From the NCBI RefSeq assembly GCF_006345805.1, contig NC_042999.1, forward strand, positions 170,376,001-170,440,000: a stretch of DNA of 64,000 nucleotides, given 5' to 3'. The notes below the pieces were generated by a model. That model was not told the DNA's origin and searched no databases. It saw nothing but the letters and a program-made list of their open reading frames with translations. The position numbers and the translations under genes were made by a program. The DNA comes from Octopus sinensis (Eukaryota). This document shows positions 25,941 through 39,542 of the stretch, in pieces (within the stretch, counting starts at the first letter, position 1; every line of letters starts with the position of its first letter).

Positions 25941-26154
25941 TTGGAAGGAAATCTTGAAACCGTCAGTATTATCTAGTAGGGAGTCCTCTGTTGCAAAACT
26001 CAGATTAGGTCTTCCATAAGACCTAGGATAACTCGACATTTTGACACCACGCTTCCTCCCTTCTACAATAATCTATGAGTTGTGGATTTCTCTTCTCTAT
26101 CCGCCTCACTAATATCGGAGTCGACGAGAAAATATCACAAGTGCTGACCTTCTT
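25941..26154 (-). other. Candidate first coding exon of an unidentified gene (33 aa: MSSYPRSYGRPNLSFATEDSLLDNTDGFKISFQ)
   Basis: Minus strand: pyrimidine-rich acceptor ...TTTTTACTTCATCAG, AAAATG start at 26039, phase-0 donor CAA/GTAAAA at 25940. No recognisable homology. Confidence 0.25.
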
Positions 26155-26629
26155 CTGATGAAGTAAAAAGTTATAAAAAGTGACAATTTTTTAAAACACT
26201 TGCATCCATTTATTTTTCTTCCAAAATACAAGTAAGGAAGATAAATCAAGCTAATTATCTTTATGATTCCTAAAGACAAAAATCAGGAAGTTATTTTTTA
26301 TTTTTTTTTTTTTTGTCAGGAATTAAAAGAGTCGGAATAATTTATGGAGCAGGAGGTACTGGTTAATAAATATTTTGCTTTACGATTAAACGATTTGATA
26401 CTTATAAAAATTAACATAATATATTACTTGTTTTTACAACTAAAATTTCGCATCACTCATTAGCTCGATGTTAATTCCTTGTACTGTCCTTAAACTATGA
26501 AAATATCACACCATAATAAATGGTTTCCTTACTTATGCGTTTTTCCCTTAAAAATCGCTATGTATCATGGCTTCTCGAGATCTTCTCTTAAATTTGCATA
26601 GCTTGTTGGCCGTTATTTAGAGAAACAGG

Positions 26630-27050
26630 AGGAAAAACAAAGAAGATGAAGAGAAAAATAAGAAAGACAGAAATGAAAAGTGAGTATAAGAGAGAAACGA
26701 TAACAGACAACAGCAGGTAAGAAGAAAAATTTAAAAGAATATTATTACAAAGGAGACGTGAAGAAACGGAGAGAAAGACAAGAATAAGTTTGAAGATAAG
26801 AGATAAAAGGATACAGAAGAAGTAAGATGAAGAGCGAAGGGTCGAGAAAAAAGAGCAGAGATCGTCAGTAATACTGAAAGAAAGAGAATGTAGATGAAAA
26901 TAGAAAATAGAAATTGCAGAAGAAAGAAAAGTGAAAGTAAAGAAGCAATAAGTGAAAGAAGATAGAAAGTGAGAGTGAAGATGTGTGAGAGTGAATGTGG
27001 GATGGAGGGAGGAGATGATAAGAGCAAAAAAGTGAAAAAGTGAGAATAAA
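26630..27050. repeat. Degenerate purine-rich (GAA/GA) low-complexity tract
   Basis: Direct reading. Confidence 0.8.
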
Positions 27051-27548
27051 TATTTTGTTGAAAGATGCAATGATCTTAGTCTGGCTTCTCGTCTGATAGC
27101 AGCCTGCGTTGTTTAGACTGAAATTCCGCCCTCGGATCTAATGAAACAGTCGTTAGTTTCACTCTATTACAGAGTTGTTCTATGGCATCTTCTATGGCAT
27201 CTATTTACAATTGCATGGACGCAGCCGAAAGTACTTGTTTTGGTCATGAATTTTATATGGTGCAATTGACGAGTATTTCGCCTTTCGTTAGTCGTCTGCC
27301 TTCGTATACAACTGGTCCTTATTACTTATGTGTATGTATTCAATGTTAGACGAACACAAGATGGTAGACAGGCAGAATGCACCGATGCCATTAAAAGAAA
27401 CTCTTTAGTAAGAGTCGATATAAATGTTAGTTGGTTTCTTAGTTGACTGAATTCTCCAAGTTACGCTTTGTTGTTTGAGTCAGATTTATAGTAACAGGTA
27501 GAGTTAATGCTAGGTTTAAGATTTAGGTTTGGATTATTGTTAGGATGT

Positions 27549-27778
27549 GGAGGCGCGTGGTTTAGTGGATAGGGTGTCAGCATCATGATTGTAAGATTGT
27601 GGTTTCGATTCCTGGACGGGGCGACGTGTTGTGTTCTTCAGCAAAACACTTCATTTCACGTTGCTCCAGTCCACTCAGCTGGCAAAAATGAGTAACGCTG
27701 CGATGGACTGGCGTCCCGTCCAGCTGGGGAACCACACACCATTGAAACCGGGAAACCGGGCCCATGAGCCTGGCTAGG
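27549..27778 (+). mobile_element. tRNA-derived SINE, family C
   Basis: GGCGCGTGGTTTAGTGG A box, GGTTTCGATTCC B box, core TTCACGTTGCTCCAGTCCACTCAGCTG; related copies at 1610-1760, 44360-44590(-), 45615-45948(-), 55656-55930 and 57445-57570(-). Confidence 0.8.
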
Positions 27779-27905
27779 ATGAAAGGCAAAGTCGACCCCG
27801 GCGGAATTTGAACTCAGAACGTAGCGACATGCGAGAGACCGCTAAGCATTTCGTCCAGCGTGCTAACGATTCTGCCAGCTCGCCGCCCTTCCTTCTTCTA
27901 CTATA

Positions 27906-28160
27906 ATGACAGCATTTAATGTTAGATATCTGAATGTTCGTAACTTGGGTCCCTCCAACAAACAGAGTCACCAGCTCAACAACGTCTGCTCGTTTGTTCT
28001 AAGCGTGATAATTACCGCATATGCCGGATCCTACTTAGATACGATCATCTTTTGGGGGCAGTTGATAGTGATGGCGTATTTTGGAGCCGTTAGCTTCACT
28101 GACCACGACTTTGTAATCTGTGTTCAATTTAAATAGGGCTCACTTGCGGCAACCAAGTGG
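27906..28160 (+). pseudogene. Heavily deleted relic of a Tx1-type APE endonuclease
   Basis: FNVRYLNVRNLGPSNKQSHQLN resembles ORF2 start LRIGSINVRGLGSPWKQGYLLN; GSYLD..I and VSFTDHDFV resemble RSYLDRV and VSYTDHKFV. Confidence 0.5.
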
Positions 28161-30989
28161 AAGCCAAAAATCTGTTTACAGAGTTCGTTGTTGTTTCGTT
28201 CGTGTGTTTTCCTTTCTTTGCCAATTGCGAAGATGCTGGCGATAGTGATGACGGACTTGTTATTATGGATTTAGCATTGTTTGAGAATGTGAAGTTGGTG
28301 GGTTTGTGTTTTGTCCCTTTATTTATTATTTTTTTAGGCTTCCTTTTTTATCCCCTTACCACCGCCACTTTATCCTCACGGCTGTAATCGGAAGACTTCA
28401 ACTTGAACGGGGGCAATGGCATGCTTCTTATGTATGTGTGTCTGAGTTTGTGCATGTAGGAAGAAGTAAGGGTCAGGGACAGGAGATTGAAAGTGTTGGG
28501 AGTCACTTGGGTGGTGATTATTTTGTTATAGCCATTGCTTTTCGCCATCTTAGTTGCTCCTGCTGAAGATAATATAAGCACTTGCCAAGCACCGGAATCG
28601 GTTTGATACAAATGGCCTGACATGAAGAGATTTATTCTATATCGTGTCTCACCCTTTGTCTCTTTTAGAAACCATTGTAATTTTTTCAGTCAAAAACTGA
28701 GTTCAATAAAATCGACGATAACTGATCTGCAAATCGATAATCTTGTCCACAGCCATATATCTACGGAGGGATATAATCACGCATTCATTGATATATTTTA
28801 TTTGCTCGTCCCTCAGACTTCACAATTTGTTCAGCACAACATGAACGGGAAAGTGAAGATACAAATTTACTACTGAATTTCAAGGGGAAAAATCCGTACT
28901 GTCGCTTATATCAAATGTCAAACCTATCAAACATACATTTGTGTTTACCTACGCTGAGTTAAAAACAAAAACATAAAAAATAAGAGATATTTTTCATTAT
29001 CGTTTCCAGCCAATGTTGTTTTCGTTCCGTAAATCTATTTTCAGCAATCATTAAAATGAGCACGTGACATCTGGCGGGTCAAGGTGTTCTTTAGCGTGAC
29101 CACTTAGGTTGCCAATATAATCCAGCCATATTAAAATTATTGCTTGAAGGCTAATCTAATCTACATAAGTCGACAACGAAATTCCAAAATTTTAGATTTG
29201 GCCAACCACTAAGTGACCCGTAAGAAAGGCATCATTTAACATTATATCAATCTTTAAATGGTGAATTACTTATGGACCACTTACTATTTTTGTTATTTCT
29301 GCTAATCTCAATTTAGTTAAACATCTAGAGACGTCATTGCACAATCGATAAAAATATCTGTTATTGTGCCAAACTCTATCAGACTTCTGATATATTAATG
29401 TCCAGGAATGTTGCTTCTGCAACACACACACACATTATATACATACATACAAATATATATATATATATACACACACATTTATACACATACATATATATAT
29501 ATACATACAGACGTACATACATACATACATACATACATACATACATACATACATACATACATACATACATACATACATACATACATACATACATACATGC
29601 ATGCATATTAGATTCTGTTCTCTGAGTCTATAATTCTGAAACTGGAGAATGTAAAACGAACAGAACCGTTCAACTTTAAATTTCTCCCATATATCACTGC
29701 CGCCAGAAGCTCTTACACTGAATGCCTAAAGGTGTTGTTGAAAGGTACATACATATGGCCTGGGTCAGTGGTTTCAACTTATGGATTACGTCTCAAATTG
29801 GTATGTGCCGTGAAGACAACATATTTTGAATGAATGAATGAATGAATGAATGAATGGATGGATGGGTCCCATCCTTCCTGGTGACGCTGGTGTCCCGTAA
29901 GACACTGGTGTCTCGTGAGACTCTGATGCTGGTGTCGCACTGGTGTCACGCTGGTGTCTTGTGAGATAGATGTACCCTCCGCCAGGCTTCTCGCTATTCA
30001 TTCCCTGCTGTCATTAATCAATCTTCGTATTTGCCACTTGCGAACCAGATTAACGAAGCCCCGAAGATACTAGCACGAATATTTTAATTTGAAATATTAG
30101 ATAGAATGTTAAATTTTCGTGAATAAAAATATACAACATATTGAAGTGCAGACGTGAACGTTCAGCTAAAAGGTTTGCTTCGTAGTCGCGTACACGACAC
30201 CTTGGGTAAGTGTTTTCTACTATAGCCCGGACCTGGTAAATCTGGCAGACAGAAACAGTGCACAAACCTGTCATGTGTGTATAATGTGTGTGTGTGTGTG
30301 TGCGTGTGTGTGTGTGCGCGCATGTGTATATGCTTGTGTGTATGTGTGTGTATATGTGTGTATTTGTGTGTGTGTGTGTATCTGTGTTTGCTTCTCACTG
30401 TGTAACTTAGCGGTACGCCAAAAACGGACGATAAAATTAGAACCCCATTTTAAATAAGTACTTGGGGCGATCGACGACAGTTTTCAAGGCGATGCTCCAA
30501 CATAAACGTAGTCCAATGACTGTAGCAAGGAAAAGGATAAAGAATAATTCATACGCAAAATATTCTTTTATGGCTCAGTAGTTAGAGCGTGGGAGGCACC
30601 TGGTCTAGTGGTTAGAGCAGCGGAGTGGCGGTCGAGAAACACTTTCAGTCACTCCCACTTCCACCTCAAGCTGTTTCTGATGAGCTACGTGTGAAGCACC
30701 TCAAATTAAATTAAGTTTAATACGACCAATGAGCTGATCTGAAAATAAACGTTGAAAATCAGGAGAGTTTGGTGTGTCGGTGAGGGTTTTGTGGATGAGA
30801 TGAAACTAAAAAATGTCTCAAGGAAAACGGCTGAGTGTGCAGAGTCTACCTCGGTATTCAGACTCCGAATGCAGGAATCGATGTCTCGTGAGGCAGTGAA
30901 GTAGCTCTGCGCATGTTCCGGCCCAGCCCCTTCACTGCCACATGTCTTGCCTAGGACAATCCATCGATGTAGGCGACAAAACTTCCATA

Positions 30990-31360
30990 CTGCATGAGCT
31001 TCGTTGAGTCAGCTGTGTCTCAGTGCCACATGTTTCCACCACCTTAACTGCTTGTTCTTGCTGCACTATTCGTCCCCTCTCTTCAGCTAGACGTAATGGC
31101 TGACTTTCTCTGTGGTTTCCAACAATATCTTCTCTTTCGCAGCTAGCTTAAGACTCCTGAGTATCGAGTATCCTCTAACACCAATCCCTAGGGGAAAGTA
31201 TATGCCTCCTATCCATTGTTTTTTTTTTTAGAGTTCAAACAAGTCACTGTATTTTCTCTCGTTCCTGAGGAAAAGTATTCGAGCTTGCAAGGAAAAATCA
31301 CTTTGGCATCAGTGATATCAGCATGAAATAAGTCTGAAATACAAAAATGAGTTGTGAACA
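30990..31360 (-). mobile_element. Degenerate 3' fragment of a restriction-endonuclease (HERO-like) retroelement
   Basis: Broken minus-strand peptides ERKYSDL, EAYTFPLGIGVRGY and KILLETTEKVSHY resemble the C-terminus of 42859-43212. Confidence 0.35.
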
Positions 31361-31384
31361 TTGGAATCAGTGAAAACGATAGCT

Positions 31385-31620
31385 TTAGTGAAGCGGGAAG
31401 TAAAATGTGTTACCGATACCGGAAGAGATTTGATACCGGAAGTGTTGTTGATGGTTGGAGGAGCTTTGAAGAGTGTTAGAGGAATCAGTTGTATTCAAAT
31501 GTGTGAGAAAGAGGGATTTTGTGCTTTTGTTACTAAAGTCCTTATTACTGATATCAACGAGTGAGAAGTGAGAGGTGAGGATACTAGAATCTATATATGA
31601 AACGAACACCACATATTTCC
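31385..31620 (-). mobile_element. Possible Penelope-like RT C-terminal relic
   Basis: SLVDISNK...SLFL...TDSSNTLQSSSNHQQH resembles the FLD..I...LY.KPTD...YLH..S.HP.H consensus; weak. Confidence 0.3.
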
Positions 31621-31773
31621 GAGTGAACTTTGAATACAGAGACAAGCTTGGACAGTACAGATAATTAAATTTTGAAAAGTAATAGGATGCGTGGTGTGTG
31701 CGTGTCAGCATAATGTAATCTGTGAGCGTTTAGGATGGGTATCAAGTAAAGTTGAGATGGAAGGCAAACACAG

Positions 31774-31826
<53 letters not shown>

Positions 31827-32185
31827 TACACACATACATACACATATACACACACATATAGCCGATTTTAGTGCTATATTTTGGCATCTAAGCTGGTATA
31901 AGGAGTAATGATGAACAATGGGGTTCACGGTTACAATAATCCTGTACTGGCACTCTGGCTCACTTGCCTGTAACAAATCGAACTCCCCTAAAGGCAACCA
32001 TGGGAAAGAAGTTGGTATTAAAATGCGTGTTAAGAGCTTATCGTCCCCATCCAGCAAAATGAAAAGGGGATCTTTTCGGGCTGGTTCAAACCACCACAAA
32101 AAACGATACTTAATTAGTCAACGCAGAATCAGCCATATGATCACCCAGGACCAAACAACACAACAGCTTTAGAAGTAACCGATAG

Positions 32186-32286
<101 letters not shown>

Positions 32287-32503
32287 TGACGGATGTGATG
32301 TCGTTTCAGCTCCGAAGGTAATCATTTATTTTGACTATTTAAAAGTGTATATTGACAAACATTTTGTGCTTAAAAGTTGTGCAACAACATCCACTGTAAA
32401 CCTTTGATAAATATCGACACAAAATTTTGCCCCCTGTGGGCAAAATTTAAAAGAAAAAATTCTCATAGCCTTCGTGGTTTCATTTAGCCATTTTATTTCC
32501 AAA

Positions 32504-34647
32504 ATGGCCACTGGCCACCACGAGGCTGAGCTGCAAGTCAAGCGTGACGCAGAAACAGAAAAACAGGATGCTCTGTTAGCATACGCCGAACCTGACAACT
32601 CCACCACCACCAACAGCAACAAATACAAAACAAAGGTCGCAAGGCCAAGCACCGTCAACACCATCAGTGAGTCCACCACCACCACCAACACCATGGCAGA
32701 ATCTGCTACTAAAACTGCTATCCCTACTAAAGATATCGCCACCAATAACAATACCAACATCACCGCCACCAAAGACCGTGCCGTCAATGCTACTAATAGT
32801 ACCAACACCACCGCCGTCACCAAGAACGACAATAACAACAACAACAACAACGACGACGACAACAACAATTCCCTTCAACCACTGCTCACTCCATCACCAA
32901 CAAGTGAAAAAATAACGACGACAAGCAAACGAAATGTCGAATTTTGCCCCAGTGCAGGACTAAAGTACGCAGGCAATTTTCCACCCCTTCCTACTTGCAC
33001 GATCGAACCAAACACACCAATTTTACAAACTGCAGCCAACAACAACATCACCACAAGCAACAACAATAACAAAACAACAACAAATTTCGCTGAGGCGATT
33101 AAAGAAAAAAAAACAACAATATACTTTACGGCTCAACAAATACAGGACACGAACATCAAAATAACAGAATCAGAAGGTATAGTAAAAATAAACATACCAG
33201 AAGACATTTTGGAAAATGAAAAAAGACGAACAATCATTTATAAAATAGTTAACAAAAAAACAAAAATCCCAGAGAAGGCCAACACAAGCAAAATAGAGAA
33301 GTGCTTGAAACCCATCTGGGATCACAAAGAATATGTAACCTGGTGGAACAAATTTGCCCACATACAAGTTGTTTTCTACACCGAAGAGTTAGCTAGACAT
33401 TTCTCAACGCTAACTCTTCACTCAGATGAACTCCAACTTACACCAAGCTATCGGGGACAGAAAGTGACTAAGATCACTCTAAACAATGTCCCCAAAATAG
33501 CCAATAGTCTATGGCTTGTAAAGGCCTTATGCGTAAAAATGGCGAATTATACTATTTTGGAAACCACAGTCACAGAGCATAAAAACTGGGTGGGAAAAAA
33601 AGTAGAATTTCTTCTACATATACATCATGAAGATATAAAAAAAAATACCCACCCAGATATGTGTATCAGACGACCACAAGTTATATGTGGTCGTCGATGG
33701 CAGAAGACCACGTTGCTACATATGCGGCAGTGAGCAACACATAAAAAAAGACTGCAAATCTGCCGCAAGAAAACAACAGCAGCCGGAAACAAAAACAAAT
33801 AAACAAGGTTTACTACCCACACCACTTTTTGCAGGAACAAACCTCACCAAACAAACAACCACACCAACGGCAGCACCAAGAACAGAAGCAGCATCACCAA
33901 CAACAACAACCAAGAATATACCAACTCCCAAACCAAGGACATCTGCCAAAAAGACACCCAGCAAAAATGAAGAAACAATTACAACTCCAAATCCCCACAA
34001 AATTGAGACCCTAAACAACACAACAATACCCACAATCACTCAAACACAAAATACCCAAACCCCACATCCAAAACCGCATACACCACAACCAAACGCTCAC
34101 CAACCAACACCAACAACAAAACCAACACAGTCGACAATAGACCCCAATACTTTCCCTCTTCCAGACTCCGATTCGTCTGATCTGTCATTAGACGAAGAAG
34201 ACACGGAAGATTGGCAAATAGCCACAGGGGGGAGAAGAAAAAAGGGGAAAAAAAAGAAAAGAAAAAATAACAAACAAAGCGGGAAGATACACCACTCCCG
34301 AAACAAAAACATCCACAGAAAACACACACATCAACACAAACACACCATCATCAAACCCCACAAAAATGTTGACAGCCATTAACACAAACAACCACGACCT
34401 AATGGAACACATTAGGTCAAACACTAACATTACTGAAAACGACATAAAAACAAGTAACCACCCACACACAACACCACCACAACACATTAAAATAATACAC
34501 GTGACACAGAACACATACAGCACCCTGAAATCTCTTTACCCTGATGCAGTAGGGAGATTTCAAAAGTACTCATCGAAAAAACTGTATAAAAGCCTCATAG
34601 AAGAAGACCGTGAGGTGAAAGACAAAGAACTTTCGAAAAACAAGTAA
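32504..34647 (+). pseudogene. Tx1 ORF1 (Gag-like; T/N-rich N-terminus, zinc knuckle CYICGSEQHIKKDC, P/T-rich tail), 2 frameshifts
   Basis: Segments 32474-33733, 33687-34382 and 34366-34647 join at an A9 run (about 33637-33645) and an A/G run (about 34227-34266). Confidence 0.85.
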
Positions 34648-34689
34648 CCTTTTCTCTCTCCTTTTCCTTTTTTGCACTTTTATCGGAAC

Positions 34690-37600
34690 ATGCTCAGAAT
34701 AGGTAGTATAAATGTACGTGGCTTGGGGTCGCCTTGGAAACAAGGCTACCTGTTAAATGACATCAAGTCACTAAATCTGAACATCATAGCCATCAGTGAG
34801 ACCAGACTCCACAGCTTGCGGGCACTCCAGCACATTTTCGGTACACATTTCAACATTTATTTTTCTCCGTGTCTACCGAGAATGGGCGGAGGTGGCACCG
34901 CGGTGCTTATCCGGAAGAGTCTGGATCTCAAAGTAAGAGCAAATTTCCTAGATTCGGAGGGTAGGCTGGTCGTTTTAGATGTCGATGGCAGCAATGAGTG
35001 TGCTTTTCGACTGATAGCAGTTTATGCTCCGTCCTTAACAGGCCGACCAGATTTCTTTCGACGTCTAGAGTCTTTCATGGGAACGTCTCGTCCTTTACTT
35101 TTAGTGGGGGATTGGAATGCCACCCTGGACACGCATCTAGACTACGTGGGCAGAGATAGCAATAGAAGGGGATGCAAATGCCTCAAAGACCTGCTCAGAC
35201 GTTTCCAACTGTCTGACAGGTACCGACTGGACCACCCGAATGTGCCAATGTGGACATGGAGTAACCGCATCGGGTCGTCCAGATCATACTTAGATAGAGT
35301 ATTCTGTAGGACAATAGATAAAAATAGTGTAGGTTGTCCACAATTTCATATAGTCAGTTACACAGATCACAAGTTTGTGACTTGTACACTTGACTTAGAT
35401 AAGACACATAGGCAGGGTCCTGGTTACTGGAAACTGAACGCGTCTTTTACAGCACGACAGGTTTACAGGGACCGGATCAGCACATTAGTTAAGAGAGCTT
35501 TGACGGGTACCATCATCAACAACAGATGGTGGTATGCCCTAAAAAAAGCGATTAAAGCAGAATCAGTCAGATACAGTAGAGCCCTAGCATTAGACCGAAA
35601 TAGAATAGAGGGAGATTTAGTTAAGGTTTTAGAAGAGGCACTTAGAACTGGCATCGCGTCCAACGTACTGGCGGCGAGATTGGCCCTCGACCAACACCTC
35701 AACGCCAAACACGAGGGATGCGTTGTCAGAGCTAGGATGCGTGCTCTGAGGAACGAAGGAGTTGGAGCCGCCCAAGAGGCCCGAGTGGTGGAGACGCAAC
35801 GAGGCAACAGAGCCACCATCAAGTCTCTTATAGATGAACAGGGGCGCGAATTGCTCGAGCCTAAAAGGATGTGTGGGGTTTTTCAACAACACTTCACCCA
35901 ACTGTTTGGGACAAGTGGTGAGTCAGAAAGCAGAGTGGACTTTAGTGCCTACCTGCATGCCTTGCCACGACTCTCAGCAAGGGAGGTGGAGTCTTGTGAA
36001 AAGCCTATCACAGCTGCGGACGTACAGGATGCGATGGTAGGCTGCGCGAGAGACAAGTCACCAGGCTTGGATGGTCTGCCCTACGAATTTTATTTTCATA
36101 TGCCAGACTTGTTTGGAGGCGTCTTGGCAGCTGTCTACTGCAACTGGCAGCAGAACGGGAGTATTCCTGCTTTTGTAAAGCGAGGAGCAGTGGCACTGAT
36201 CAAGAAAGACCCAAACAAGGGGGACGTCATAGATAATTTCAGGCCCATCACTCTGCTCAACGCAGATTTGAAAATTTTGGCCAAGGTGTTAGCCGAGAGG
36301 TTGGCGCTTGTCATCAAGAAACTAATCGACAAGGCGCAAACATGCGCCGTGCCGGGTAGAAGTATTCATGACAACCTCCATCTGATGCGCTACATCATAG
36401 ACAGGGTAGTTAAAAATCCTGGCATGGGTGGGGCGCTGATCAATTTGGATCAATCAAAAGCCTTCGATAGGGTAGACCATCACTACTTGGAGGCTGTCCT
36501 CAAAGCGGCTGGTTTCGGTCCAGTTTTCCGCGGTTGGATCGCTGCCTTATACAGCGGCATCCGCTCAGTAGTTCGCGTAAATGGTCATCTATCCAGACCT
36601 TTTAACATCATGCGTTCGGTTCGTCAGGGATGCCCCCTCTCATCGCTGCTGTATGTACTGACTCTTGAGCCACTACTGCGGAAACTGGCGACGCTGAGGG
36701 GCATCCCACGAGAGCTGGGATGCGGGAGGAGCGTGTCTGCATACGCGGATGACGTCACCGTCATAGTGTCGAGCTACGAGCACATCGAGCTGGTCGGCGA
36801 GACACTGAAAGAATACGAAGCGGTAACGGGAGCAAAAATTAACCGGGAAAAGTCAGTGGGCTTGCGGCTCGGCACCTGGAGAAGCAAGCCCATGCCGTCC
36901 AACAGCGTCTCCATCGTGGGACGCTGGACGGACGGACCTGTTAAATTGCTCGGGGTCTGGTTCGGTCCGGACCTCCAAATGGAGAAGAACTGGGGCGAGA
37001 TAACGACTAGGGTGGCTACTCTCACCCAGAAATGGACTGAGAGAAAGCTATCCCTAAAAGGTCGGGCGGAGGTGGCGAACGCGTACATCGCATCCGTCAT
37101 CGAGTATCGTCTGACCGTCGTGCCTTGTCCCGACCCTACCATCACCAAACTGGAACGCATACTCTTCCGCTTCTTGTGGAAGGGAAACGTTCCGATGGTT
37201 AGGCGATCCATTTGCTGCCAACACCGCTAAATGGAGGGCTGGGCATGCCGTGGTTGATGATGCGCAGACATGCGCTGAGACTGCGACATCTCCGGCGCTT
37301 CATAGACAACGGTGAACAGGGGTGGCCGCCTTTTGTGCGGCGCGCTTTCCCGCAGCTCGTCTCCTTGGACGAACTACAGTCATGGATCAAGCAGAGACCG
37401 AGGCTAGGCGAATGGCACCGCGAGTGTCGCGTTGCTCTCAAGCAACTCTGCCGTCCGGGATCGAACTTGTGCGACTCCATCACAACAAAGGCATTCTATA
37501 GAGGATTAGTGGAGGGGAGGTGCGACGACGAACTCGGGCAGAGTCTGGGCGTCGACGAGGAACACCTGACCCGCCTGTTCAGGACAACTTTCGGGCCGGG

Positions 37601-38126
37601 ACCTATGAACAATCACCAAAGATCCCTGGCCTGGCAGTGCTATCGAGAAGCATTACCTGTTCGGGATAAGCTCTACAGACACGGTTCCAGACACACTGGA
37701 CCGACTTGCCCGAGATGCGGTCAGAGCGACGAAACCGTTCTGCACGCACTCGTGCAATGTCCAACCATTTCCGACCTGTGGGCTTATGCCGAACGGCTGC
37801 TGTCACGTGTGGGACGAATCCGCCTATCGGCCGAGTCTATCTTGAGAATTGCTCCGCCCCCTTCCCTCAACCGGGAAGGCAAGGCAGTTTTCATCGTACT
37901 GGTGGCCATGGTGAAAGAATGTGTGTGGTGGACTCGAGCGAAAGGATTAGAGACAAACACTTACCTCTCTGGCCAATCGCTCATCAACTTTTTCAAGTAC
38001 CACTTGAAAAGGAAGGTGAGAATGGAGAGGGAAGTTTTGTCTCGCGAAAGATTCAAAAAAAGATGGGTGAATGTTGCAAAGATGGTGCGTGCTAGTAACG
38101 AAACCATTTTGAGCATGATCCTGTAG
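34690..38126 (+). pseudogene. Tx1 ORF2: APE endonuclease, reverse transcriptase and C-terminal zinc finger, 1 frameshift
   Basis: INVRGL, ISETRL, VYAP, GDWN, TDH; DKSPGLDG, FRPITLLN, DQSKAFDRV, RQGCPLS, YADD; CPRCGQSDETVLHALVQCP. One-base loss at about 37224 (CACCGC versus CACCCGC in copy 3). Confidence 0.92.
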
Positions 38127-38428
38127 ATCGTAATAAAAGAAAGAAAGAGAGCATTTTTGACCTCATGTGTTTATTTCTCCCTGACTGGGGTTCCCGTGGT
38201 CTTTTCTGTAGGCTTTTCTTCCCACGGATGAACCCAATCTTGTTATATCAATGTTTACACCATTATTTCTGTGATACACGATTTTCTTTTTTTTTCCTTT
38301 TTTTCCTCCTCTCGATCCCTTTTGATCGCAATCTTACATTTTTTATTTTTTTGCACCCTCGAAAAGAAAAGCTCTGCATTTGTATTTGTCCCCTCTGTAT
38401 TCAGCCCTGTGTGGCTAATAAAAGAAAG

Positions 38429-38881
<453 letters not shown>

Positions 38882-39063
38882 CGAAAGAAGGTTTGAAAAT
38901 GCAATTTAAAAGATGTTTATTTACTTTACCGGTTTCACTCTTCGGAAAAAGATTGTCAATAGTAACATGTAGAAGTTTGGTTGCGTTAATTATTGGTTGT
39001 TACAAATTGCTACATTACATATATACAGTCTTTGGTAAGAGGGACATCTTAAGGACATAAAAA

Positions 39064-39142
39064 AGTTCAACAAGTTCCTTAAAATATTGGGCACAAAAGT
39101 AGTAATCTTTTGTGCCCAATATTTTAAGGAACTTGTTGAACT
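39064..39142. repeat. Perfect 36-bp inverted repeat with 7-nt loop
   Basis: AGTTCAACAAGTTCCTTAAAATATTGGGCACAAAAG-TAGTAAT-reverse complement. Confidence 0.95.
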
Positions 39143-39484
39143 CGTGCGGTACCCTACAACTCCACTTTGTTATATATAATTTAAAACAGTTTGATTCGGT
39201 TCTATGCGACTTAAAGTTTTGCAGGCTTCTAAGAGAAGCCCAGCTCGTTCAGGCTTAGATTACTTAATCAAATTGTATTAAAGAGTAATGTAGGTAACTC
39301 CTACTAAATACATTGAGTGCCTTTCTGTTTTGCATGTCCACTCACTCGAGTAGTGTGTGTGTGTGTGTGTGTGCGTGTGTGTGTGTGCGTGCGTGCGTGC
39401 GTGAGTGCATGTGTGTGTGCCCGTTTGTGCGTGTGTGTCTGTGTGTACATTATAATTGTACTTGCATTTCTGAATAATTAGTCA

Positions 39485-39542
<58 letters not shown>

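Larger units (their letters stand above)
32287..38428 (+). mobile_element. Near full-length Tx1-clade non-LTR retrotransposon (copy 2)
   Basis: 5'UTR, ORF1, 42-bp spacer, ORF2 (APE-RT-CCHC), T-rich 3'UTR ending GTGGCTAATAAAAGAAAG; (TATC)n on both sides. Confidence 0.95.

Noticed and set aside
29885-29965. Five short CTGGTGTC repeats with variable spacers, superficially CRISPR-like
   Set aside because: Repeats are 8 bp, spacers are tiny and related to each other, the context is eukaryotic and there are no cas genes.
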